This document shows positions 28,148 through 36,431 of a stretch of 64,000 nucleotides of DNA, in pieces. The position numbers and the translations under genes are program-made. Position 1 is the first letter of the stretch; the number at the start of each line of letters is the position of its first letter. This DNA comes from Planctomycetota bacterium (GTDB lineage Bacteria; Planctomycetota; PLA2; JAEUHO01): the NCBI GenBank assembly GCA_050248855.1, contig JBFWRP010000020.1:1-64000 (forward strand), read 5' to 3'. Under the pieces are notes generated by a model. That model ran no database searches. It saw only the letters and a list, made by a program, of their open reading frames with translations, and had not been told where the DNA came from.

Positions 28148-29377
28148 ATGCGCTGCCTCGCCTTCCTCCTGCTGACCCTGGTCCTCGCCGGCACGGCGCG
28201 GGCCGAGGATCCGCCTGCGCCCGGCGCTCCCGCGCCCGAACCTCCCGCGGCTCCTGACGACGTGGCCCCGCCGTCCTCGGCCGAGGACGGCGCGGGTGCC
28301 GAGCCGCCGCCCCAGCCGCCCCCTCCGGACCTGCCGCGCGTGGGCCGCGTCCGGGGCCAGCGCGTCAACGTGCGGGTCGGCCCGCGGATCGGTGGGCGGC
28401 CCGTGACGCAGGTCGATGACGGCGAAGTCGTGCGCGTCATCGAGCGACTGCCCGGCTGGGTCGGCGTGACGCTGCCGCGCGGCTTCAAGGTCGCCGTGGC
28501 CGACGAGTACCTGCAGGTCGTCGATCCGGACACCGTGCTCGTGACGGCGGATCGCCTCACGCTGCGGTTGGACCCGCCCGCCGCCGAGGGCGGCGACCCC
28601 GGGCCGGCGTTCACGGACCGCGTGGAGCGCGGAGCCCGCCTTGTTCGCATCGAGCCGGCGGCGCCCGGGTGGACCTGGGTCGTGGCTCCCGAGCCCGTAC
28701 GCGTGTACATCCACGCCGACTACGTGGACGTCGCGCCCGCGGACCTTGCCGACGCGGAACGCGGGGAGCGGGCGATCGAGGCCGCTCGCGCGCACCGCGC
28801 CGCCTGGGTGAAGGAGCTCGCCGACGCGCGCCTCGAGAACCGCCGCCGTCGGGCGGAGAGCGCGCTGCGCGACGCGCTCGGCACCGTGCAGGAAGGCCTC
28901 TACCACGCTCGCAACGAAGGCGGCTTCGATCGCGCGCCGATCGTGGTCTTGGCCAACCAGCTGGACCAGGCCCTGGACACCACCGGCGAGGCGCCGGCGC
29001 CGCTGCGTCGCGTGGCCACGGCACTGCGGGACGACCTGGAAGGGGAGATCGCCCTGCGCGTGGCGCGCAGGGACGCCGCCATCGCGCGCGCCCGCGGCTT
29101 GGACCCGGGGCCCGACGCGCGTCCGGCGCCCACGGTGAGCCAGGTGCGGCTCACCGGCGTGCTGCGCTTCGAGCCCGTGCCCGGTTGGCGAACCGGCGGC
29201 GCCTGGATCCTCTGGACCGGCGACGAACCCACGCACGTCGTGCAGCTCACGGCAGGCATGCCGCTCCCGCATCCGAACCTCCGGGACTACGAGGGCAAGG
29301 TGCACACCTACGTGGGCAAGCAGCCCGGCGAGCGGCTCTTCGGACTCCCGGTCGTGGACCTGGCGAAGATCGACTAG
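28148..29377 (+). CDS. exported SH3b-domain protein
   Basis: Signal peptide, Pro-rich linker, and two SH3b-like units (VNVRVGP...GWVGV; GWTWV...YIHADYV). Confidence 0.7.
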   Translation: MRCLAFLLLTLVLAGTARAEDPPAPGAPAPEPPAAPDDVAPPSSAEDGAGAEPPPQPPPPDLPRVGRVRGQRVNVRVGPRIGGRPVTQVDDGEVVRVIERLPGWVGVTLPRGFKVAVADEYLQVVDPDTVLVTADRLTLRLDPPAAEGGDPGPAFTDRVERGARLVRIEPAAPGWTWVVAPEPVRVYIHADYVDVAPADLADAERGERAIEAARAHRAAWVKELADARLENRRRRAESALRDALGTVQEGLYHARNEGGFDRAPIVVLANQLDQALDTTGEAPAPLRRVATALRDDLEGEIALRVARRDAAIARARGLDPGPDARPAPTVSQVRLTGVLRFEPVPGWRTGGAWILWTGDEPTHVVQLTAGMPLPHPNLRDYEGKVHTYVGKQPGERLFGLPVVDLAKID

Positions 29378-29388
29378 CGGCCTCGCCG

Positions 29389-30597
29389 CTATCCCTCCGG
29401 CAACGCCTTGCGCTGTTCGTCGCGGGCGATCTCGCTGCGCGCGGCGCCTTTCGGGTCGGCGGCCAGGACGGCGCGGCGCTTGGCTTCGCCGCGCTCGAAG
29501 CGCTCGACCCATGCCCGCTTCCAGTCGGCGAAGCTGCCCCCGCGGATGCGGGAGCGGGCTTCGCGGGCGAGGTCCACGAGGAACGTGAGGTTGTGCAGGC
29601 TGCCGAGCGTCGTGGCCACGTGCTCGTTCACGTGGAAGAGATGGCGGAGGTAGGCGCGCGAATGGGTGCGGCAGACGCGGCACCGGCAGCTCGGGTCGAG
29701 CGGTCGCTCGTCGCGGCGGTGCTCGATGGTGCCCACGCGGACCGTGCCGTCGGGCGTGAGCAGCCAGCCGCGTCGGCCGTTGCGTGTGGGCAGCACGCAG
29801 TCGAAGAGGTCGATGCCGGCGTCGATGGCCTCGAGCATGTCCACGGGGTGGCCCACGCCCATCAGGTAACGCGGGCGATCCGCGGGCAGCAGGGGCGTGA
29901 AGGCGGCCACGGCCTCGCGCAGCGCGGCTTGGCCTTCGCCTACCGCCAGACCGCCCAGCGCGTAGCCGGGCAAGTCGAGCCCTGCGAGCTCCTCGGCCGA
30001 GCGCGTGCGCAGGCCGAGGTCGGTACCGCCCTGCACGATGCCGAAGAGGAGCTGGTCGTTGCGGGTCTGCGCGGCCTGCGCCTCGCGGGTCCAGCGCGTT
30101 GTGCGGCTCACGGCGGCCTCGATCGCCTCGCGCGGCGCGGGCAGGGCCACGCACTCGTCGAGCGCCATCACGATGTCGGCGCCCAGGGCTTCCTGGATGC
30201 GCATGACCTCCACGGGCCCCAGGCGAACGCGCTTGCCGTCCAGGTGGTTGCGCATCGACACGCCCGCCTCGTCGACTTCGACGAGCTTGCCGAGCGAGAA
30301 CACCTGGTACCCGCCCGAGTCGGTAAGCCACGGGCGTTCCCAGCCCGTGAAGCCGTGCAGGCCGCCCAGCTCCCCGATGAGCGCTTCGCCGGGCCGGAGG
30401 TGCAGGTGGTAGGCGTTGGCCAGCACGACCTCGGGGTCGATGGCCATCATGTGGTCGTGCGTGAGGCCCTTCCACGAGGCACGGGTCGCCACGGGCATGA
30501 ACGCCGGCGTCTTGACCACCCCATGCGTCGTCGCGAAGCGCGTAGCCCGGGCGCTGCCCTCCGTCGCCTCGACCCGGAACTGCGGCGCCGCACCCAT
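29389..30597 (-). CDS. tgt: tRNA-guanine transglycosylase (bacterial preQ1 type)
   Basis: Motifs TPAFMPV, LTDSGGYQVFS, DEC, GGLAVGE, DCVLPTR and Zn site CRCRVC. Confidence 0.96.
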   Translation of the reverse strand: MGAAPQFRVEATEGSARATRFATTHGVVKTPAFMPVATRASWKGLTHDHMMAIDPEVVLANAYHLHLRPGEALIGELGGLHGFTGWERPWLTDSGGYQVFSLGKLVEVDEAGVSMRNHLDGKRVRLGPVEVMRIQEALGADIVMALDECVALPAPREAIEAAVSRTTRWTREAQAAQTRNDQLLFGIVQGGTDLGLRTRSAEELAGLDLPGYALGGLAVGEGQAALREAVAAFTPLLPADRPRYLMGVGHPVDMLEAIDAGIDLFDCVLPTRNGRRGWLLTPDGTVRVGTIEHRRDERPLDPSCRCRVCRTHSRAYLRHLFHVNEHVATTLGSLHNLTFLVDLAREARSRIRGGSFADWKRAWVERFERGEAKRRAVLAADPKGAARSEIARDEQRKALPEG

Positions 30598-30602
30598 GGG
30601 TG

Positions 30603-31844
30603 TCAGTACATACGGGCGAGCACCGCCCCCGGGTAGTAGAAGCGCACGATGTCGCTCTCGGTGGCGCCGCGCAGGCCCATCTGGATGGCGCCCACCTGGC
30701 ACATGCCGACACCGTGCCCCCAGCCGCCGCCGGTGATGCGGAAGGAGCCGTCCGCCTGGCGCTCGATCCGCTCGATGCGGTGGCTGCGCAGACCGGCGAC
30801 GCTCCGGAAGTGGATGCCGGGGAGCCGCTTGGTGCGCTGGCTGGGGCCGTAGACGACCTCGACGGTGGCGGCCCAGCCGCCGCGTCCCTGCTCGACGATG
30901 CGTACCTCGTGGACGGGGAGGCTGATGCCGCCCCAGCGCTGGAGGCCCTTCGCAAGGCGCGCTTGCGGCACGTCCTCCGTCCATCGGAAGTACTTGCTGG
31001 CGTACGCCTCGCTCGGCGCGCACCACGGGCAGGGCACGCCGCGCAGGACCTCGGGCGCGGGACCGGGGTCGAGCTGCGACGTCTGCGCGTCGGTCGTGTG
31101 ACCGCCGCACGTGCTGCTGTAGTACGCGTGGATCGGATGACCGCGCGCGGTCAGTACGACACCGCGGTTGGCGCTCGTGGCCTGGAGCATCTGGCTCCAC
31201 GTGATGCCGTACGAAGTGGGCACGTCCATGCCCCCGAAGACCTGGCTACGCGTGTCGTCGGTGACGTGCCACGGACGCGAGGCCGCGCCGGCCTCCTGCA
31301 CCTTCTCGTACACGTACGTGCGCGCGCAGAGCGCCTGGGCCCGGTACGTGGCGGGGCGTGCGCCGGGACCGACTTCGTTGCCGATGACGCCGGCGACGTA
31401 CGTCTCCATGTCGAGCTCGTCGACGACCTCGAGCCGGCCCTTGTCGTCGATGCGGGCCCGGAGCGTGCCGGGGTAGGGCCTGCCGTCGAGCTCGAAGTGG
31501 CGAGCGACGTGCAGGCGCAGCGTGGTGCCGCCCGCCGGGCGGCCGTCGAGCGTGAGGGATCCGCCCGCCACGCCCAGCCGCATGTCGAGGTCGGTGCTGC
31601 CTTCCTGCCGGCGGCCGCCCACTTCGAGCCGCCACGCTTGGTCCCGGACGGTGATGCGCGGGCTCGTGCCCGCCTTGGTCAGCAACACCCGGACGCTCGG
31701 AGGCGCCGTGTTGGCCAGCAGCGCAGGCGGGTAGCCGTCGCCACAGGACGTGAGGAGCAGGCCGCCCACGGCGAGCAGGACGCCGACTCCCGTCGGGAGC
31801 AGGAGGCGGCGGGCGGCAGGGGATTGCGGACGGGAGACGGGCAT
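30603..31844 (-). CDS. SpoIID/LytB domain-containing lipoprotein
   Basis: Lipobox LTSC. Motifs ETYVAGVIGNE, AQALCARTY, YSSTCGG and GGWGHGVGMCQVGA. Confidence 0.9.
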   Translation of the reverse strand: MPVSRPQSPAARRLLLPTGVGVLLAVGGLLLTSCGDGYPPALLANTAPPSVRVLLTKAGTSPRITVRDQAWRLEVGGRRQEGSTDLDMRLGVAGGSLTLDGRPAGGTTLRLHVARHFELDGRPYPGTLRARIDDKGRLEVVDELDMETYVAGVIGNEVGPGARPATYRAQALCARTYVYEKVQEAGAASRPWHVTDDTRSQVFGGMDVPTSYGITWSQMLQATSANRGVVLTARGHPIHAYYSSTCGGHTTDAQTSQLDPGPAPEVLRGVPCPWCAPSEAYASKYFRWTEDVPQARLAKGLQRWGGISLPVHEVRIVEQGRGGWAATVEVVYGPSQRTKRLPGIHFRSVAGLRSHRIERIERQADGSFRITGGGWGHGVGMCQVGAIQMGLRGATESDIVRFYYPGAVLARMY

Positions 31845-31882
31845 CCGGAGCTCCTCGCGCAGGTCATCCAAGCGGCCGGGCT

Positions 31883-32947
31883 TCAGCCAAGGGGGAGTGG
31901 GTAGGTGGCCTCGCTGGCCGGTGGCGTACCGCCGAGCAACAGCCAGCCGCGCGGGGTCAGCTGGCGACCCTGGGGCGTCTTCACCAGGTAGCCCTCGCGC
32001 AGCAGGTGCGGCTCGCACACGTCCTCGAGGGTGCGCTCGTCTTCGCCGACGGCGGCGGCGATCGTCTTCAGGCCCAAGGGGCGCCCGCCCGCACGCGAGA
32101 GTGCGGTGAGCACGTGGCGGTCGAGGCGGTCGAGACCGTCCTCGTCCACGCCGATGCGCGCGAGGCCGTCGCGCGCGAGCGCTTCGGTGATGCGTCCCTC
32201 GCCTTCGACCTGGGCGAGATCGCGCACGCGGCGCACGAAGCGGTTGACGACGCGCGGGGTGCCGCGTGCGCGACGGGCGAGCCACAGGGCGCCCTGCTCG
32301 TCCATCTCGACGCCGAGGAGGTCGGCGGTGCGACGGGCGATGGAGGCCAAGGCGTCCACGGGGTAGGGCTCGAGCCGCTCGCGGATGACGAAGCGGTCGC
32401 GCAGGGGCGCCGAGAGCATGCCCTCGCGCGTCGTCGCGCCGACCAGCGTGAAGCGGGGCAGGTCGATGCGCAGGCTGCGCGCGCTCGGGCCCTGGTCGAG
32501 CACGATGTCGAGGACGAAGTCCTCCATGGCCGCGTAGAGGTACTCCTCCACGGCGGGCGGCAGGCGATGGACCTCGTCGATGAAAAGCACGTCGCCGCGC
32601 TCGAGGCGTGTCAGGAGCCCTGCGAGGTCGGCCGCGCGCGTGAGCACGGGGGCCGCGGCCTCGTGCAGGTGTCCGCCCATGCGGTCGGCCACCAGGTGGG
32701 CGAGCGTCGTCTTGCCCAGGCCCGGCAGACCGCAGAGCAGCACGTGGTCCAGGGCCTCGCCCCGCCCACGGGCCGCCGTCACGGCCAGCTCGAGGTTCTC
32801 CACGACGCCACGCTGGCCGACGAACTCGTCCATCGTGCGCGGGCGCAGATGGACCTCGAGCGTCGCCTCGCGCTCGTCGCCCGGTCCGTCCCAGGCCGCG
32901 CCGGCGGCCTCGGGGCGACCCGTCTGGCTGTCCTGCCGCCCGGCCAT
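31883..32947 (-). CDS. ruvB: Holliday junction branch migration helicase RuvB
   Basis: Motifs LRPRTMDEFVGQ, GLGKTTLA, FIDEVHRL, GATTR and RGTPR. Confidence 0.96.
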   Translation of the reverse strand: MAGRQDSQTGRPEAAGAAWDGPGDEREATLEVHLRPRTMDEFVGQRGVVENLELAVTAARGRGEALDHVLLCGLPGLGKTTLAHLVADRMGGHLHEAAAPVLTRAADLAGLLTRLERGDVLFIDEVHRLPPAVEEYLYAAMEDFVLDIVLDQGPSARSLRIDLPRFTLVGATTREGMLSAPLRDRFVIRERLEPYPVDALASIARRTADLLGVEMDEQGALWLARRARGTPRVVNRFVRRVRDLAQVEGEGRITEALARDGLARIGVDEDGLDRLDRHVLTALSRAGGRPLGLKTIAAAVGEDERTLEDVCEPHLLREGYLVKTPQGRQLTPRGWLLLGGTPPASEATYPLPLG

Positions 32948-33186
32948 GCTGGGGCTCCCTCGGCCCCCGCAGCCACGCCACGCGCCATCGATCGGCCCAC
33001 CGGGACCCCCGGGATCCTGGCTCGGCACCGTGCAGGGACGGCCCGAGCGTAGCCGGGGGAGTGGACCTCCGCAACGGGTGGGGGGCCAAGCCCCGCTGGC
33101 CCCCCAGATGCGGTACGGGCCGCCCTCGTCCACCGACGTCCGGGTCCCCGGGGGGCGCGGCGGCAGCAGGCTCCTACACTCCCGCC

Positions 33187-33912
33187 GTGCTGGCCGACGT
33201 CGCCCCCCAACGCTTCGCCGACGAGGCCGACCGCAAGCGCGGTGCGCGCATCTCGCGCATGTTCGACCGGATCGCGCCGACGTACGACGTGCTGAACCGC
33301 CTGCTGTCGGCGCGAACGGACGTGCGTTGGCGCAAGCAGGCGGTGGAGCTGCTCCGGCTCACGGGCCGCGAGCGCGTGCTGGATGCCTGCACCGGCACGG
33401 GCGACCTGGCCATCGCGCTCGAGGACGGGGGTGCCGGCGAGGTGGTGGGCACGGACTTCGCCCCGGCCATGGTGGAGCTGGCCCGCGAGAAGGCGGGGAA
33501 CCGCATCCGGTTCGACGTCGCCGATACCACGGCGCTGCCCTTTGCCGACGCATCGTTCGACATCGCCACGGTCAGCTTCGGGGTCCGCAACCTCGAGCGA
33601 CTGGACGAAGGCCTGCGCGAGCTCTCGCGGGTCCTCGTGCCGGGTGGCCGGTTGCTCGTGCTCGAGTTCTCGCGCCCGCCCAACCCGGTGTTCCGCGCGA
33701 TCTACAACATGTACTTCATGATCGTGCTGCCGTTGATCGGCAACCTCGTGAGCGGCGGGGCCGACAACGCCTACACCTACTTGCCGCGCAGCGTGCAGGC
33801 CTGGCCCGGCCCGGCCGCGCTCGCCGAGCGCATCCGCAAGGCCGGCTTCCAGAAGGTGGACGTGACGCCGCTCACCTTCGGCATCGCCTGCATCCACCTC
33901 GCCACGAAGTAA
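33187..33912 (+). CDS. ubiE: ubiquinone/menaquinone biosynthesis C-methyltransferase
   Basis: Motifs MFDRIAPTYDVLNRLLS, LDACTGTGD, SFGVRN and AYTYLPRS. Confidence 0.92.
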   Translation: MLADVAPQRFADEADRKRGARISRMFDRIAPTYDVLNRLLSARTDVRWRKQAVELLRLTGRERVLDACTGTGDLAIALEDGGAGEVVGTDFAPAMVELAREKAGNRIRFDVADTTALPFADASFDIATVSFGVRNLERLDEGLRELSRVLVPGGRLLVLEFSRPPNPVFRAIYNMYFMIVLPLIGNLVSGGADNAYTYLPRSVQAWPGPAALAERIRKAGFQKVDVTPLTFGIACIHLATK

Positions 33913-34070
33913 CGCGCGAAGCTGCCCGGCTCGCGGCTGCGAGCGGAGCACGGCGGGCCGCGTGCCAGGCTTTTTCGTGCAGCGCTCGCCGGGGGGAAGG
34001 CCTGCGTGCCCTGGCCCGGGCGAGGCCTGCGGCGTGTCGGCGGCCTGCCGGCGGAGCCTGGCGCTGCCGG

Positions 34071-35252
34071 CTAGGCACCCGCGGGGCGGCGTGGGGCGAA
34101 CGCGGTGGCGAGGCCGACCACGAGGCGCTCGCCGGCGAGCCGCGGGGGGATGCGGCCGGTCTTGACGCCGGCCTCGGCTTCGAAAAGCAGGCGCCCGGCG
34201 GCTTCGTAGAGGCGCGGACCGCGGCGGGCCCGGGCCAGGAACGGCGCCGCCGAGAACGACGGTACGCCCGCTGCGGCGAGGACCTCCGCGTCGCCCTCGC
34301 CCCGCGCCAGCCCCTCGGCCGCCGCGAACCCCTTCGCCCAACCGCCGTGCAGCGCCCGGTCGAGGAACGCGAACACGCCCGAGTGCGTGTGCACGTGGGC
34401 GCCGCGTTCGTCGTGGATGCCGCGTTCGAAGGCCTGCTGCACGAGGGCAACCGCCTCGGCGACGTTGCCGTCGAGCACGGCGTCCACGAGCGTCCAGAGC
34501 GGGTCCTCGCGCGAGCGGCCGACCACCTCGACGACGTCCTCCGTCGTGATCGGTGCGCCCTCCGGCAGGGCCAGGGACAGGCTCGCGAGCGCTTCCTCGA
34601 GCGCGCCGAGGTCGCTGCCGACCTGGCGCGTCATCGCATGCGCAACGTCCAGCGCGAGACGCCGGCCATGGGCCGTGCGCGCGCGCTCCACCACGTGTCG
34701 CGCCAGCTCGTGGTCGTGCGGCGCCTTGCCCCGCTCCCACGGCGCGGGCGCGTCGTAGAGCGAGCGACAGTCCACCAGCCATGCGCCCGCCTTGGCGATG
34801 GCCGCAGCCCCGACGCTGTTCTTGCCCTTGACGCCGCGGCTGCTCGTGAGGACGAGGAGCGATCCCGCAGGCGCGCTGGCCATGGCCTCCTTGACCAGCG
34901 ACGTGCTGCGCAGCGGCTTGCCGGGCCCGGGTGCGGTGCCGGCATCCGGTTCGTCCACCACGACCACGCGCTCCTCGGCGAAGAGGCTGGTGCCGCGGAG
35001 CTCGTCGAGGACCGCATCCAGGCGTGGTCGGTCCTCGGTGCGGCGCGCATCCAAGCGCACGAGCCCGCCGCCCGGGTCCCCGTCGGGGAACGCACGCTGC
35101 ACCAAGGCTTCGACCACGCGGTCGCGGAACCAACGTTCGCTGCCCGCGGCCACCACGACGCGCGGCGGGGCCTCGCGGGCCACGCGGCCCAGGAAGGCCG
35201 CCGGCGTCATCCCGGAGGGCGCGGCAGGGCGGGTCGAGGTGCGGGCGGCCAT
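34071..35252 (-). CDS. holA: DNA polymerase III delta subunit
   Basis: SLFAEERVVVV, VGSDLGAL..., ITTEDVVEVV and LVDAVL; a degenerate AAA+ clamp-loader architecture. Confidence 0.75.
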   Translation of the reverse strand: MAARTSTRPAAPSGMTPAAFLGRVAREAPPRVVVAAGSERWFRDRVVEALVQRAFPDGDPGGGLVRLDARRTEDRPRLDAVLDELRGTSLFAEERVVVVDEPDAGTAPGPGKPLRSTSLVKEAMASAPAGSLLVLTSSRGVKGKNSVGAAAIAKAGAWLVDCRSLYDAPAPWERGKAPHDHELARHVVERARTAHGRRLALDVAHAMTRQVGSDLGALEEALASLSLALPEGAPITTEDVVEVVGRSREDPLWTLVDAVLDGNVAEAVALVQQAFERGIHDERGAHVHTHSGVFAFLDRALHGGWAKGFAAAEGLARGEGDAEVLAAAGVPSFSAAPFLARARRGPRLYEAAGRLLFEAEAGVKTGRIPPRLAGERLVVGLATAFAPRRPAGA

Positions 35253-35327
35253 CGCGCGATCTTCGCAAGGCCCCCGGACGCGCCCGCCACTGAATCCACG
35301 AGGGGCCGTGGCCGATCCCCCCGAGGC

Positions 35328-36089
35328 ATGGCGCGGTCCCGAGTCCCCGATCCCGACTACGTGGAGCGGACCCGCCACGTCGCCATCAACTTGCTGTTCC
35401 TGATGCCGTGGCTGCTCGTCTACCAGCTGGCGTTGATGGGCTCGGGCAGTCGGCTGGACAACGCGGCGGCCGTGTGGCTGCGTTCGGGCATCGGCATGCT
35501 GGGCCGCCAAGGCTTCGTCGTGGCCTCGCTCGTTGCCTCGCTGGTGCTCTGCCTCGTGGTCCTGCTCCGGTTGCGCGAGGCGGCGCGCGACCGCGGTGTG
35601 TTCGGCGGGATGATGGTGGAGAGCGTCGTCTACGGGCTCCTGCTGGGCCTCGTGGCCAGCGTGCTCTCCCGGCAGGTCCCCATGGTGCGCCCGCACCTGC
35701 CACCTGGAGCCTTCGATGCCGGCAACCTTTCGAGCGGCACGATCGCCGCGCTCAGGACCCACGTGGAGGGGTTGGGTCTTGCGCTGGGTGCCGGGATCTT
35801 CGAGGAGCTCGTGTTTCGCGGCGTGCTGGTGGGCGGGCTGCTGCTCGTCGTGGGACGGGGCCTGGGCGCGGGGCGCGCGCTGACCGCGTGTCTTGCCGTG
35901 CCCGCCGCCGCGTGGGTGTTCAGCGCCTGGCACCACTGGGGGGTCGGGGCCGAGCCGTGGTCCCAGGCCGTCTTCACGTTCCGCTTCCACGCAGGACTCG
36001 TGCTGGGCGTGATCTACGTGACGCGGGGCCTGGGCATCGCGGCCTTGGCGCACGGCGTCTACGACGTGATCGTCCTCGCGCAGCGGTAG
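35328..36089 (+). CDS. CPBP family (CAAX/Abi) intramembrane glutamic protease
   Basis: Motifs EELVFRG, FSAWHH and AHGVYD. Confidence 0.88.
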   Translation: MARSRVPDPDYVERTRHVAINLLFLMPWLLVYQLALMGSGSRLDNAAAVWLRSGIGMLGRQGFVVASLVASLVLCLVVLLRLREAARDRGVFGGMMVESVVYGLLLGLVASVLSRQVPMVRPHLPPGAFDAGNLSSGTIAALRTHVEGLGLALGAGIFEELVFRGVLVGGLLLVVGRGLGAGRALTACLAVPAAAWVFSAWHHWGVGAEPWSQAVFTFRFHAGLVLGVIYVTRGLGIAALAHGVYDVIVLAQR

Positions 36090-36105
36090 GGCGGTACGGC
36101 GTCGA

Positions 36106-36203
36106 GCACGGAGTCGGGTGGGATTCCACCCTCGGGCCGCGACGATCTCTCCCATGCGGGAGCGTGCAACGGCCCGAGGGTGGAATCTCACCCGACTCCG
36201 TAC
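36106..36203. repeat. REPIN-like 98-bp hairpin (class C)
   Basis: 32-bp inverted arms with 1 mismatch. Each arm has an internal palindrome GGGTGG-GATT-CCACCC. Ends CTCCGTAC. Confidence 0.85.
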
Positions 36204-36302
36204 ACGCGTGCGTAGCTGCTGCAATGGAAGGTGCCTGAACTCCGGGCTCGGACAGGACAGCCACGCTTCCATGGGAGGGGGTGCCGCGCGCATCGAGACG
36301 CG

Positions 36303-36431
36303 GTACGGAGGCGGGGATTTCTTCCGCAACTTGCCGCCCTGCGCTTCGGCATGCGGAAGTGCCCATCGGCAAGTTGCGGAAGAATTCCCCGCCTCCGTAC
36401 GGGCTTTGCCGTCGGCATGAACAACTTACAC
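36303..36431. repeat. REPIN-like 98-bp hairpin (class B, 36303-36400) plus flank
   Basis: 34-bp inverted arms GTACGGAGGCGGGGATTTCTTCCGCAACTTGCCG with 1 mismatch. A second copy lies at 5198. Confidence 0.85.
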
